The notes under the pieces are model-generated. The model saw nothing but the letters and a program-made list of their open reading frames with translations. It did not search any database and was not told the origin of the DNA. Source: Lama glama (taxonomy: Eukaryota). From it: a DNA stretch of 64,000 nt. Of the stretch, positions 42,520-56,481 are shown piece by piece (positions within the stretch are counted from its first letter, which is position 1; each line of letters opens with the position of its first letter). Position numbers and translations under genes: made by a program. Where the stretch lies: positions 30,380,001-30,444,000 of the forward strand of contig CM052827.1 of assembly GCA_028534125.1 (NCBI GenBank), written 5' to 3'.

Positions 42520-43104
42520 AAATAAATATGTGAATAGAATTCAGGAAGATAGACTACTTAACTAGAGATAACCAGATAACTAGAGAAATAGTTAAGCCAC
42601 GCATGGGGAATCAGAGAAATAAAATAGAGATGATGCTGACTCTGCCAGGGAACATAAGGGAAGGTTTTACTTGATTTTAGTTTTGAAAAATTTAGGTATG
42701 TTCCCAACAATAATGAGGAAGAGTGGGGGTGGAGTACGCACAAAGCCTCAGATACACGAATAACAAATAAAACTCCCCAGTGACACTAATTTAATTATCT
42801 TGATATTTCAAGAACACTGGATGCATACAGACATACATGTTGTAAGTATTTAAATTTGGAGGGAAGAAAACATCCTTCATAGCTCTAAATTCTGATGTAA
42901 GTGGAAATTAAAAACTAACTTCAAATTTGACTTTCTTCAATGTCAATATATCTGAAATTTTTATCCTCAAAAGTAACTCTTCTTCTAAGTATATGATTTG
43001 AAGCTGATAGTTTTACATATCTCATTTACTAATTTTTTTAGATTTATTTCCGAAATGTGGAATTATTATATTTTTATATTATATTTTAAAGAAGAGCGTG
43101 GTCT

Positions 43105-43272
43105 TCTAGTCTTTTGCTCTTCAAAGTGAGTTTTGTAAATCAGCATATCCACCTCACTTAGGTGCTTGCTGGGAATGTAGTGACTCAAGTCCTACCCTAG
43201 GCTGGATGAGTGAGAACTGGTTTTAACAAAAGTCTCACATAATCCCGTGCACATTAAAATTTGAGAAACACT
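43105..43272. mobile_element. MER5B-like DNA transposon
   Basis: gctcttcaaagtg...cagcatatccacctcacttaggtgcttgctgggaatgtag...ttttaacaa...gtgcacattaaaatttgagaaacact. Confidence 0.7.
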
Positions 43273-44724
43273 TTTAGTGTTGATTAAAACAGAAAAATAA
43301 TGAACTCATTCCAGTCAGAGTTTTTGCCATTCTATCTTTGATAGAATGAATCTGACCCCTCCAAATAGCAATTCGGAAATTAATGCCTAAATGTTTGTAG
43401 GTTAATGGGAATTTACTCTCAGTACTCATATCAACTGGAAATAAATTTCTTTTTTGTTTGTTACCTGATAGCTAAATTCAGATTTTCAGGTGATGGTGTC
43501 TCAGTCTCAACCCTCTCTCATTTAATGAAAAAGAATACCAGTTGTTTATTTCTGGATCCACATCTTGTCATGTCTTTTCTTCATTAATCGCTTGTTTTTT
43601 TTTTTTCCTACGTGGCTCAGTTTTATTCTTGTTTTGAACCCTGCATTGAGCCTAGCTTCTAGTATCTTATAAACACAAACAGATACACAGCATGTGGGAT
43701 TAAATCTATTTAAGGACCCATATTTCAATCAAAATGATGAAGCCACCGATTTTTTTATATAAATATATAAATATGAAAAATAAGAATTCTCTAATTTTTT
43801 AAAAACAAATTGCCAGCGAGAGTTTTTGTTATTTTCCTAGATGTTAACAGGATGCTTCCGTAATTCATATGAAAATGAACTTTGCCGTAATGCATGTTCT
43901 CCTCGGGGCCTTTTGGTAGATTCCGGAGCATTTGGCCTGGCTTTTCACAAAATACAAGATGTGTTTGTTTGTCCCACAGAACACCTTACTTCTGGTCTTT
44001 TTTCCAGAAAGACTCCATTCTTCCCGAGAGCGCCCCAGCTGCAGCTTTGATTGAGGCATTCATTCTACAGCTGGGGCAAGCTTTCTCTGAAACGCAGCTG
44101 GGATAGGCATTTCAAAAGCCCACATTGTCATACAAATGCTTCTATTCTCCATGTTAGAGGCAGACACCCAGTCAAGTGCCCAGACACACAAGCTGTCAGA
44201 ATGGAAGAGACATGAATTTCTCAAGACTATCATCATTTTGGGGTTTATCTTGCATCTGGAAAAATTCAGTAAAAATACATAGAACAACCTAATCATTGGA
44301 TGTTATGACTAAATTGTCAAATTGAAGATGTTATTCACATTTCTTTTACTCACACCATGATTACACTGAAAGATACACAAGGAATTGCCTCAGGGAGATG
44401 GCGACTGAATAAGATACAAGAAAAGCTGTCATAATCACAATCACTGGTTGCCCAGTAAAACTATAACTGTTTTAGAGAGTGGAAACTATAGGTTATCATA
44501 ACCTGTTCTCTTTCAACATCAAAATCATATAGCCATTTTTCATATACAAATTTTATGTTTACCAAGCAACTTTGATAATTTTGCTTCCCACATATTTTTC
44601 CTTCGAGGAAAGAACTACATAACTGGCAAACATATCACATAAAAAGGGAGTGTCTTATGCTTCATTATAAGGGATAGGGAAGGTGCTCAATAATTATTGC
44701 TTTTTTTTCCCTTAAGTTCAGTGA

Positions 44725-44815
44725 TTTTTTTTTTAACTTAAGTCTAGTTGACTTACAATGTTATATTAGTTTCAGGTGTACAACATAGTGATTCAATATT
44801 TTTGTGGAATATGCA
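44725..44815 (-). mobile_element. Short L1 3' end (L1MA9-like)
   Basis: ttttttaacttaagtctagttgacttacaatgttatattagtttcaggtgtacaacatagtgattcaatatt. Confidence 0.75.
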
Positions 44816-45937
44816 CCACACAAATTTCAATAACTACTACTTGAACAAAAATTGAATGGATTCATTTGCATTCCAGTTTGTACAGGTGAATCTCTAGTGA
44901 CATTTTGAAGGCAAAATGATCCCCTTAGAGCCAGTCAATTCTAGAGCAATGAGAAGATTGGATTTTTAGGTTCAAGATCAAAGGCCAGTCATTGGATCTC
45001 CAAAATAAGGTCATCTAACATGGACCCCTGGACTAAATCCATATTAAAATATTATAAAATAATCTACAAAAGTCAGATTTCACATTGTCTAGTGTATTAC
45101 AAATCACATATTCCTTGGCCAAGAGGATTTGAATAAATTGAGCATATGTGAATAATGTTTAACTGTTACAGAAACAAAATTATTATCAATTGATATCCTT
45201 ATATGCCACTGACCAGTATATTTATCACTTCTATATGCAAGATGTATCTTTTCTTATCTGCCATAATTTAAGTAAGCTTAGAATATTCTTCTGTCTTATC
45301 TCCCTAATCAGTACAGCATTGACAGAACTTTATTGCTTCACAAATCACGGTTCTAAACTTCTGTGAGCATTATATTTTGCTTACTGATTGTTCCCATGGT
45401 GATTTCCTGAATAAAAGAATAATGTCTTTGATCAAAGGATCCTGGGTTTCATTTTAGGAGGTCAGGTTAATGGTGTTGTATGCTACATTTGAAGACATTT
45501 TATTTTAGAGACACAGCTTGACTTTCAGCCACAAAACTTAATGAAAAGACTTTTTTGGTTATATTTGATCATTTCTACCTGAATAGTTGCCTGTTTCCTC
45601 TCTATTTAAAAAGTCTGACATCATGCTTTTAGAATAGTTGTGCAGTCTTCTCTTTTTCTAGTCAAGCTTGTTTAACTGAAGGACCCAAATACAGCCAAGA
45701 ACAGATTCAAACTTCTAGGTGTCACTTAAAGATGCAGTAAGATATGGAAGAGAGAGTTTGGGCTCAGAGTCCAGGGGTCTTTAAAGCCCCAGGATTGTCA
45801 GGTTCATAGACGTTGCCTGTTCCAGTAGTTCATGATGTGGGTGTTGTCCTCAGCATCATCCCCATCAATAAATCATCTACTTGTTTAGATTTTTAAAATT
45901 ATGTTAAGTAATTAAAATATTAAAAAGTTGAAACAAA

Positions 45938-46020
45938 TGAAAAAAAAAAGAAAGAAAAACGAGAGGGAGGGAAAGAGAGAGAGGGGAAAGAGAGAAAAGA
46001 AAAGGAGGAGGAAAGGAAAT
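45938..46020. repeat. Purine-rich low-complexity tract (GA)
   Basis: About 80 nt, almost entirely A/G. Confidence 0.9.
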
Positions 46021-46435
46021 AGCTACTCTTATTTCCCATCATTCAGAAGTAACCATTTAACTCGAATAGACTTTCTTGAAACATTATAGAAATGGGAATT
46101 CAATTTCTAAACATCCTGTTCTACATTTTGGGCTCTGATTATTTCTTGAATGGCCTACGTTGGCATTTTGTAGCTTTCACCACTGAAGCATGCCTAATTT
46201 TGACTTCTTTTGATATTTAAAGAAGACATTATACCTCTTCTGAGTCTACTTTCCTCCCAAGAGAACTCAGACAGAATTACTGAAACTTTCTAGAGTATTC
46301 AAATATGGATTTCTGTTGTCTTCCCAAAGCCTGGAATTATTGCCTTCTTAGAAAAAATAAAAAACAAGAAAACAAAAAGATGTTTGTGACTGAAGAGGTA
46401 AAAGGCAGTGACCAACGACAGTAAAAGGAAATTTA

Positions 46436-46476
46436 GTGTGTGTGTGTGTGTGTGTGTGTGCACGTGCACGTGTGTG
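46436..46476. repeat. (TG)n microsatellite with a CACGTG interruption
   Basis: gtgtg...gtgcacgtgcacgtgtgtg. Confidence 0.95.
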
Positions 46477-46976
46477 AATGAACTACTTTTCAGAGCAGTT
46501 TTATTTTACAGCAAAATTAAGCAGAAGGTACAGTGGTTCCCTATCTATCTTCTACCCCAACCTATATACAAACTCCCCAAATGCCAATATCCCCCAACAG
46601 AGTGCCACATTTGTTACAGTTGATGAACCTACACTGACGCATCATTATCTATCTGAAGGCAATAGTTTGCATTAGAGTTCACTTTTGGTGTTCTACAGTC
46701 TATGGATCTGAACAAATGTAAAATGACATTTATCTATCATTACAGTATCATACAGAGTAATTTCACTACCCTAAAATATTCCTCTGTGTTCTACCTATTT
46801 ATCCCTTCATCTTCTCCCTGCAATCCCTGGAAACCACTGATCTTTTTTACTGTTTCCATAGTTTTGCTTTTTCCAGAATGTGACATAGTCAGAATTATAC
46901 AGTATGTAGACTTTTCAGATTGGTTTCTTTCACTTAGAAGAATGCATTTAAATTTCCTCCTTGTCTTTTCATGATT

Positions 46977-47447
46977 TGTAAAACAAAGAATGCTGCTAAC
47001 CATCTGGTTCTGTAAGAATTAAGTCATTAGCCACTGCAGTCACTGACCTACAGTATATCCTGAAACAAATTCAAGAAGAAAGAACAGGATAAGGCATTCT
47101 GTGCTTTGGAAAACAGACAAAATGGCCCTTAGCTGGTTAGATATATTCCAGAAGACATTTTTTATGAACCCAGATTCTTGCATCTTCTCATACTTAGAAA
47201 AGCACTAAAATCATTAACCAAGACAACTTCTTCCTGTGACTAGCAGCAACCTTCTACCAAGATGTATACTAGATGGCACATTTTCCCTAGCCAAAATCTC
47301 ATATATTCTGTCCTCTCCCCTTACCTCTTCAGAGCAATTCCTCCAAGCTATCTGAGAGGCTGTCTCCTGGGCTATAGTCCTTAGTAAGACACTGAATAAA
47401 ACTCAACTTGCAGTTCTCACATTGTGCTTTTTTATTTCCAGTCAATA
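46977..47447 (+). mobile_element. ERV1-type solo LTR nested in L1
   Basis: Starts tgtaaaac. AATAAA at ~47395 followed by a U5-like tail. It interrupts the L1 phrase cttttcatg|..tgatagc. Resembles artiodactyl LTR families as I recall them. Confidence 0.75.
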
Positions 47448-47920
47448 ACTTGATAGCACATTAAACAGTATTCCATTGTCTCAGTATACATTTTAGTCAT
47501 TCATTCACCTACTAAAGGACATCTTGGTTGCTGCCAAGGTTTGGTAATTATGAATAAAGCTGAGATAAACATCTCTGTGCATATTTTTGTGTGCACACAA
47601 GTTTCCCACTCCTTTGAGTAAATAACAAGGAGCATGACTGTTGGACTGTATGGGAAAAGTATATTTAGTTTTGTTGGAGACTGGCAAACTATCTTTCAAA
47701 GTGGCTGTGCCATTCTGTATTCCCACTAACAATGAATGGGAGTTCCTACTGCCCCACATCTTCATCAGTATTTGGTGTTCTCTGATGGTATCTCACGATT
47801 GCTTTAATTCAAATTTCCCTGATGAAGTCTGCTATGGAAGATATTTTCATATGTTTATTTCCCATTTGCATATCTTGTTTGGTGGGTCTGTTAAAGTCTT
47901 GGGCCCAAGTTTTAGTTGGT

Positions 47921-48806
47921 TTAAGATTAAAAAAAAAAAAAAACTTCTGTGTTTCTCTTTAACTCTCCCACTCACAATATTTCTGACATGAGATGATGGG
48001 TTTTTTCCCCCATACCACCAATTCTCCCACACCAGCAATTATGTAACAATTCAATTCCATTCAGTTTTGATACTAATTGAGTTAGCACAGACCCCACAGG
48101 TTAAGGGTTCAGTCCCACAAGACTGGCCTCCTACTTTAGGCACCAAACAGTTGGTCCTCAGGTGTCCCACATCTTGTACAACTTGGCCACAAATTGGAGG
48201 TTCCCACGACTCTCTCCTTGGGTTCTATAATTTGCTAGAATGGCTCTCAGACCTGGGGAAAACAGTTTACTTCATAGATAATCAGTTTACTATAAAGGGA
48301 ACAGCAGATGGAAGAGGTGCATTGGGCAAAGTATGCAAGAAGGGGTGCAAAACTCTCCATGTATGACAGTCTCCCAGAACTCCAACTATTCACCAACCTG
48401 GCAGCTCTCCAAACCACAAAGTTCAGAGATTTTTATGGAAGTGTCATCATGTGGACATGACTAATTAACTCAATCTCTAGTACCTCATCTCTCCTTGGAA
48501 GATGGGAGGTGGGCTGAAAGTTCAAGCTTCTAATCATGGCTTGGTCTTTTTGGGGGACCAGCCACCACACTGAAATTTTCCAGGAGCCCACCAAAACTTG
48601 CCTCATCACAACAGAAGATGCTCCTGTCACTCAGGAAACTCAAAAGGTGTCTCTGTGTCAGGAATCAGGGTCAAAATCCAAATATTAGGACAAAAGATGC
48701 TCTAGCACCTTTATGGCTTACAGAATTACAAAAGTTTTAGGAGCTTTGGCTAAGAACTGAGGATGAAGAACAAAATATATACTTCTTATTGCATCACAGT
48801 ATCACA
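47921..48806 (-). mobile_element. MER21-like LTR nested in L1
   Basis: The reverse complement starts tgtgatactgtgatgcaataagaagtatatattttgttcttc. Diagnostic gaccccacaggttaagggttcagtcccacaagactg and gggctgaaagttcaagcttctaatcatggcttggtc. Confidence 0.88.
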
Positions 48807-49345
48807 GGGAGGTTTTTTTTTTTTTAAGTTGTTGAGTTATAAGAGTTCTTTGCATATTTTGGGTGACAGTCCTATATCAGATATATCTTCTGCAAATATT
48901 TCCTTCCATTTTGTAGCTTGTGCTTTCATTCTCTTGACAGTGTATTTTATAGAGTAGGAAATTTTAATTGTAATGAAGCCCAGCTTATTAATTCTTTCAT
49001 GTAACATGCCTTCAATGTTATATTTAAAATGTCACTGCCAAACCCGAAGTTGTCTACATTTTCTCCTACACCGTCTTCTAGAAGCTTTGTAGCTTGGGTT
49101 TTACATTTAGGTCTGTGACCCATTTTGAGTCATTTCTGGTGAAGAGTGTAAGATCTATGTCTAGATTATTTATTTATGCATTATTTTGCATGTGGTGGAA
49201 ATTTATTTTTCCTGACAGTTCAAAATGGTGATTTTGGGATTGATCCTGAACATTATGTGTAATTTGAATCTGAACCTATTAGTAAAATATGCAGAACTTA
49301 GTCTCAAATAGAAATATATATTTATGTACATACATGTATCTTTCC

Positions 49346-49841
49346 TGAAGCCCAGGGCAGGCCACACCAAAATATGCTTCAATGGAAAACTGATTATTTT
49401 GTATGAAAGTTACTTAAGAAGCTACCAGTGCAAGAGGGATATCTTGTATCCCTGAGAGCAAGAAATAAATCCCCCATGTGCCAGGCTCACTTCTTGCTTT
49501 TGGAGGTGGAAGATACAAGGAACCAGAGATAAGGAATCTGGGCTGAGAGCCACCTACATAAACAAACCTTGTCACTTCTTTACTAATCTACTACCCTAAG
49601 GCCAAACTCTGTTTAGATTCTTTACTAACTAAGTGCCCAAAGCTTAAGTTTCTTTGTCCTGTTAATTCCTCACAAATTTATTGTTTCTTTGTCTAAAAAG
49701 TATAAAAGCTGCCTGCCTTAGCAACTTCTTAGATCCCATTTCCATGCATATGAATTAAAATGTGCTTCTTTATCTCCTTGTTAATCTGTCTCATGTTAAT
49801 TTTATTATTTGTCCAGCCCCAAGAACTCCCCCTCCTTGATA
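49346..49841 (+). mobile_element. ERV1 solo LTR, MER34-group
   Basis: tgaagcccagggcaggccacaccaaaatatg...ctgattatttt...aagtataaaagctg...ttgttaatctgtctcatgttaattttatta. Related to the LTR at 1924-2384. Confidence 0.75.
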
Positions 49842-51004
49842 ATTCAATTTGAGGGCATCAAGAAGTCTTATCCATCAAATGGACATCATTCATAAATCTT
49901 CAAGCTGAGAACCGCTAATAACTTCAACAGTAGGAAAGGCAGGAAAGGATGTCCACCTTAAATAGTCAGCGATTGGAGAACAGAAGCTCAAGTTTCTGCA
50001 GTTAAGCGTATCTTTGTTTTCCAATTCAACTCAACCTAATAACAACAGCAGTGACATGAATAAGCATTTACTAGATGATAAACATGACAATAAAATATTT
50101 TGTATGTAGTACCTCATTCAACCTTTACAACACTGCCATATAGTAGAACAGAATAAAAATAGAGAGTTAGAGACACTAAGTACATTTCTTAAGGCCCCTG
50201 AACTACTAAGCAGAAACCTAGGGTTACGAATGAAAGAACATCTGAACTCCAAATACCATACAATCCTCTTGTACCTCTATCCCAGTTCTACTCTCTTGGG
50301 AATCTCTCTCGTAGTCTTGTCCTGATGCACGACACAAATATTACAGAGCATCCAAAGTCATTGCTACCCCTTGTTGACATCTGCTTCTTGCCAAAATGTA
50401 CCACAAACATCTCTTGGTGAAAGTTTTACACTAAGTCACTGTTTTTGCCTAAATCCACATAATACTTGATTATATTTTAAGTAATAATGACCCATGCATT
50501 CAATGGGACTTTGTTAATTTTAATAGTGTACAAACCATACAAATACTATGTAGAAATTCATCTTTTATTAACAGCATCAATTCAATGAGAAATTATATTG
50601 TCACGGTTCATACTGCTAAGAACCATTTATATTCAACTCATCTTCCCGATTTCCTCTAAATCCTATTTCTACACAATCCTGATATATTCTTCCTTGAAAT
50701 ATGTTATTTCAGATAAAGCATGCATATATTTAAAATTATAATTGTATGATTTGTATAGAAATTTAAATACCATAACTTGTTGGGAACCAGAGTTTCATGA
50801 GAAGACAGGGAATTTGGGATCCCTGAAAATTAACCATGCCATCAAAAATGAAAAAGGCTGGAACAATTACACTGATATGACCTTGTGTCATAGAAATATT
50901 TCTAGAATGGAACACAGAAAACAGACCCTGCCAACAATTTGGGTGTTACCTTCTTCTGGGCTTCTCATCTATAAACCTAGTATCTTTGATTAGTTCGACG
51001 GCTC

Positions 51005-51190
51005 TGTAATCCGTCAGGGAGGACACTGGAATCACTGGAGAGGCTTACTATAAATAGTTTCCTGGTCCCACTTCCTAGGATCGCTGAGGCAATGATGTTT
51101 TAGGATATGTATGTATGTATGAATGTATGTATGTATGTAGATACGCAGGTATTCATTTTATAGTCTCTCCAGGTGATTTTCATGGCCTGA
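51005..51190. mobile_element. MER5-like DNA transposon fragment
   Basis: cactggaatcactggagaggcttac...cctggtcccac...tctccaggtgatttt. Confidence 0.55.
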
Positions 51191-51299
51191 AAGTTAGTCT
51201 TTCAGAGTGGATTTTACCTGAGATTCCTCCCAGTTTTAGGATCTTTTTACCCATCAAAATCATTATTGTTCCTATGAGTCTGAAAGTGTTTTATAGTGG

Positions 51300-51635
51300 T
51301 GTTAATTAACAAGAGGGCCATTAGGCTGGTTCTAATGCCTTACACTGCACAGACACACAGAACCTAAGCCTATAAATGCCTCAAAGTAAAGAAATCAAAA
51401 CCTAAGGACAACCAATCACAAACAGCCAAGTAGGCTTTTCAAAATAAGGCAAATGCTTGTGCTACAACTAATCAAACAGCACCCTTGCTTTGTTTCCAGC
51501 TTTTCTCCATGTAAGTCTTTCCCCTAACTCCTGTCTGTGGAGCGCTCCTAACCATTTCCAGTTTGCTGCTTCCTGCTGATTTTTGTTCAGAGAAACTCTT
51601 AAAATGTTGAAGATGCCTCAGTCTGTCTTTTAACA
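51300..51635 (+). mobile_element. ERV1 solo LTR (MER90/MER92-like) with perfect 4-bp TSD GTGG
   Basis: TG...CA termini (tgttaatt...tttaaca). GTGG at 51296-51299 and 51636-51639. gggccattaggctg and aaccaatcacaaacagcca motifs. Confidence 0.85.
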
Positions 51636-52956
51636 GTGGATGGGATGATCTGGGGGCTCAAGTACGTGTACTACAGCCATACCAGAACAGCCAACCGGAA
51701 GAAGCAGTACGAGCTGAAGGAAGCAGAGGGGACGGCTCTCTGCTGTCATGTACTACACCGTTCTCCGCACCTTTTCCTTCCCGCAGGTGTGATTATTTTT
51801 CTGCCCAGAAAATGGATGCTCTTATCCCTCAAATTTAACTTTCTTCCCAAGGTGGCCTTCCCAAGGAGCGCATTTTATAGAAGAGGAACTCCTTGCCATG
51901 TAACAGACTCCGTCTGGCAGAGCCCCCAGAAGGCAAAGGGCAGCTCAGCTGGCAGGGAGTGGCACCAGCTCTCCCTGGGTCACACGGACTACTGACAACC
52001 TGTTGAGGCTCTGTTTGCTCCACCACATATGGAAATTTCTTGATTTTGCTCTTGCTGCTGAACAGTCAGAAGGTAGAGTTTGAGTGTTTAATATGATTTA
52101 ATTGCTGGCTGTACTGGCTCTCTTATTTTAGTGTATTGGGTGAGAAGTCACTGCAGGGAAGTCACTGCAAGAGCAAAAGTAATTCTTTAGTTCTGTTATG
52201 TAAGAAATATTTATTTTGTACCTATTACATGACACTGGAAATAGAGTAGGAAATAGGAAAAACAAGTTCCCTATCCCCATGGATCTTATACTTCAGTGGG
52301 AAATAGTCATGGCAATGATGATAATTATAATAAATGTAGATGCTACTTACTGAGAATGCACCAGGAAGCATGCTCGATGCTGCAGCACCCTGTGACCCCA
52401 TAACATCCTGGAGGTAGGTATGACCCTTCTCTTGATTTTACAGTGTGGATCTTGGGAAACAGAGTCAATTAGCCAAATGTGAAACGAAAGGCAAACTCAG
52501 GTCTGCGATCCCAATCTGGTCCTATTCTGCTTTGAATTATGACCTGGATTTCAAAGACTTCATTACTCTCCAGCTGTCTAGCCTAAACAAATCACTTAAT
52601 TTCCATGAATATCTGATGATCAGATTCTTCATTTGTGAAATAGGATTAAAAAATATCTACCTTGCAGTGAGCTTGTGAGAATGAAATAAAATTAGAGGAA
52701 AAAAAAAGTTCCTAACTCAAAGTCTGGCCAGCAATTCATTAATGCCTATTCTTTTTCTGAACCTCTCCCACGATCTACTTTTCACTAACTTCCTCTGGAA
52801 AATAGGCAAAAGGTAAATTACTGAAACACATAATCAATCACATCATTAGAAATAGGGAATTCGGCCAGGCTGGTTGGTGGGGCTTACACATGACCCTGTG
52901 ATAGTCTTCCTTTCTGTAGAAGGCATACTGAATGAGGTAGCTGGATCCCCCTTTAC

Positions 52957-53284
52957 CTTGACACAGTGGACCAGAGAACCGCCACACACAAAATGAAGTA
53001 GAAGCCGGATGTGTCTCCAGAGTTTAGATAAGAGATGTTCCAAATCTGTGTCCTCCGAGAAGTCAAGCTTGTATAACTAGGCTATCCCTCAAAAGCCCAC
53101 TGGGTCCAAACATACTTAGGGCATAAAGCAAGGATCCCCTTTCAACCGCAAATCCCCTGATTTCTAGCACTGGTTCCCTTGGGAGATCTGAGTACTGTCT
53201 TGGAAGATTGAGAACTCCTTTTAATTTGGCAGCAGTGAATTCCTGTATCACCTCTATTCCAGGTGATACCTGGCAAAGGTGCCT
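52957..53284 (-). other. Candidate exon of the same putative transcript
   Basis: Acceptor ccccttttctccttgcag| at 53285-53286 and a possible donor AAG|gtaaag at 52955-52956. In phase with the 60.1-kb exon it reads EAPLPGITWNRG...NQGICG* (stop 53142-53144). Confidence 0.25.
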
Positions 53285-56200
53285 CTGCAAGGAGAAAAGG
53301 GGTGGGCTTGGTCTCTCTGAGGAATTTTATCATTTAACTCTGCTTTTCTCATCCCTAATCTCCAGCAGATGCTTTTCTGATGTAGATGTTAATGTGGGTC
53401 TCCAATTTAACTGAGTACAAAAGTGATTTGTATAAACAATCCCTATTTCTGGGGACTTGGTTTGACTCAGTAATACTCAGATATAATCTCATGCGTCCTT
53501 GTAGTTGTTAATTAGTTTTTAAAGCAGTCTCTTACCACATAATGCTCTTGTGGTCAGTGTAGAGTTTTTTGGGTTTTTTTTTTGTTTTTGTTTTTTTTTG
53601 AGAAGTATAGCAATAAAGACTTAGGGGAAAGTGTATTATTAATTATTCATTCATTAAATAAGTTTAACAGTGTGTTGAAATATAAATCTTGATCCCTTGA
53701 TCCCCAGGGTAACGCCTGAAGCCTACATCACTCACCTAGAATTGGGTGCGCATCAAGGACTCTGCCACTGAGTTTAGAAAAAAGTGAAAGAAAGTTTGAA
53801 TTCTCAAGGCAAGAAACATGAGAGAGGAAAGATGACGCTAGGGGCTAGGATGTTTAGCAGGGGTTAGTGAATTAATTTTTTTTAGTACTAAGCACTTTAC
53901 AATTTTTTCTCTCATTTAATTCTCACAGTAAAGCAAAGAGACAGGCATCATTAGCATCCATTTTACGTTCAAGCAAACTTAAGCTCAAAGAAGTTAAGAA
54001 ACTTGCTCCAAGTGACCCAGCTGGTAACCATGTAGCAAGTTAAGATTCAAGGCTCTTTTTTTTCACTGAAAATTTGGCAAAAGTATAATTTTGCATACAG
54101 TGCTGGTACAGTTTATATATTCTCTACCCTTGGCTTACTACGTTGTATCTCAAACTCTTCAAACATGAATTCACTTAGAAAGCCAAGCATAGTGTCTTTT
54201 GCTCAGTTGGCAATCAATAACCATGAGTGATAGTAATGTTTCTGAATGTGGTTGACTAGAATCCTACTTCATCATTCATCCTTTACCTTAGAGAGATCCA
54301 GTGCTTCTATTTTCATGGTATATATGCCTGAGGACAAAAGACTTTGCTTAGGGTAGGAGGAGGGAGGGAACCAGGGAGGGAGGCAGGAAGAAGAGAGAGA
54401 AGATCATTGCAAATCAGGACTGGCTAAGTCTAGGCATATAATTAAATATTTTAAAGTCAAATTCTAAATTACCCTATTGGCTATTTCATTCAAATGCCCA
54501 GGTAGTAACTAGGCAGGTTTTCTAATGAAGTTCAGTATTAATTTGAACACCATTGTACCATGGCAGTAACAGGACAAAAGAGAAAGATAAGTAAAATACT
54601 CTGGGTTTGTAGAAAGCAACACATTTCCAAATCTAACATACTCTCAAAATGTCAGCATTAGCTTGTATTATCATGAGTTAAATGGTGGCATTTGATAATG
54701 CTTTTTATTCTTATTTTTCCTTCCTAACTACTCCCTACCTACCCCTCTCCCTTCCTCCCTTTCTTTCTTCTTTCCTTCTTCCTTTTAATCATAAATTTTA
54801 GAAGCTTTTTTTACAAATGCTATTATTTATTGAATATTTAGTGCTAAGCAAGTGATAAGAGCATCAGAGTCATGGCATTTAATTCTCACCAAAAAATATA
54901 AATTATCAGTAGTAACATACCAAGTTCTACTAAGTGGCAGATTTTTAGCAAAATGTGACTGATGCAAAGATCCACACTCTTTCCTATTACATTACAATAA
55001 ATCTACAAAGTATGTGACTACTAAATGGCCAGGATGTCTCGTGAGGTTTTGGAAGAGTCCAGGTAAGGAAAGAATCATGATGCCTTATTTCACAGTAAAA
55101 TCTCATTTTGTCTTCAAAATGGTTGATGGTGTACTTGATCTAACTCTTGATTGAGACTAAATCCCAAGCTCCAACTTCAGAGCCGCATTCAGTCCTACAG
55201 GGGAAGTTAGGAAACATGTGGTTGTTGCCTACAATGTCATCAATGGCTGCCACAGAGCGGGGGTAGTCAGGGTGGAGTAGAGCATAATTTATAATGCAAA
55301 ACACAGCAAAAACAATCAGAGGCAGACCAGATCTCACCAGCCTGCTCTGTGTGACATGAGAACATGTGGAGGACTGAAGTGTTCATAATTATGAATAGCA
55401 GCTATATTACCATAACTACATTATTCATGGCTTCAAATGGAACTGTTGTCTTGAAATTCCATGCCACTAATTTTTTTTTTGTTTAAACAGGAACAATTTC
55501 TCTTCATTGTTTAACCACTTCAAAATATTGGGGCAGTGCTGGGAAGGGGGTGATTTTTCTTTTAAATTTCTAAAGATGATACATTGGCTTGGTCATAAAC
55601 AACAGGTATAATGAAAAGAGTCTTTGGAGAGAGGTTCTAGGCAGAGTGGAAGGGACCAGCAGGCAATTAGTATCTTGAGTCCACTGAGAAGAGAGGAAAT
55701 GGGCTGCTGATTGCTGTTCTCAAGTACTCTCTCACCCCCTGGGTGCCAGGGCAAGAATGGGTCAGCAGAAATTCTGTCTGTCAACAAGCTCTTACTCACT
55801 GTCTGGATTGTAGTTCAACTTCTTGCCTTTAAAATAACTTAGGGAAATAATCTCTCAAAGATCTTGGTTTTTGGACAAGAACAAAAAGAAAACACACACA
55901 GGCGGCATCCCACTTTAAAAAAAAAAAAGGAAGGAAGAAAAAAAAGAAGGAAGGAAAAGGGCTATTTTCCTCCCCTCCTCGAGTTTAATCTATAGCAAAC
56001 AAGTTCCAAGCATTGTTTCATTCCATTCTAAATACAGTAATGGCAACAAACATCTGAGGTATTATGCCCATAAAAATAAAATGGAGTATCCAAGGAGTTT
56101 GCAGTGTTGCCCAAAGCCAAGTAGTTAAACACAAAAACAAAAAAAAAAGTGAGGAAGCTGATACTCAGTCCCAAGACAGAAAGACAGGAGCTCTTACTTC

Positions 56201-56481
56201 AGGCTTTTTCTTCAGAAGACATTACGAAAAGTCAAATGTTTTATTAATTAATTCCCAGGCAGAGGCAAGTCAATGCTTTACTAGCTGAGCAACCTGAAGA
56301 AGTTACTTAATGTAAATCTCAACAATACAGGTAGATGTAAACTAGCACCAACCCTGTAGCAGTATTGATTGAACCACACAAAATCATGCCAGTAAAACAC
56401 GTCCTAAGTGGCCCAACACAGAGGAAACACTGGGCAACTTATTATTTATGACTGCAAGGATGACGGGAAAAAAATAGGTAA

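Larger units (their letters stand above)
46484..49195 (-). mobile_element. L1 (L1MC1-like) fragment carrying two nested LTR insertions
   Basis: cagagcagttttattttacagcaaaattaagcagaaggtacag 3' end. ORF 47505-47765 (HSLLVGIQNGTATLKDSL) resembles the L1 ORF2 C-terminus. L1 sequence resumes after each LTR. Confidence 0.88.

Noticed and set aside
52144-52170. Direct repeat gaagtcactgca x2
   Set aside because: A simple local tandem duplication; there is no array.
55140-55380. 65-aa minus-strand ORF with a hydrophobic N-terminus and a nearby donor-like CTG|gtgaga
   Set aside because: It starts at GTG, has no recognisable homology and has a weak acceptor; indistinguishable from chance.
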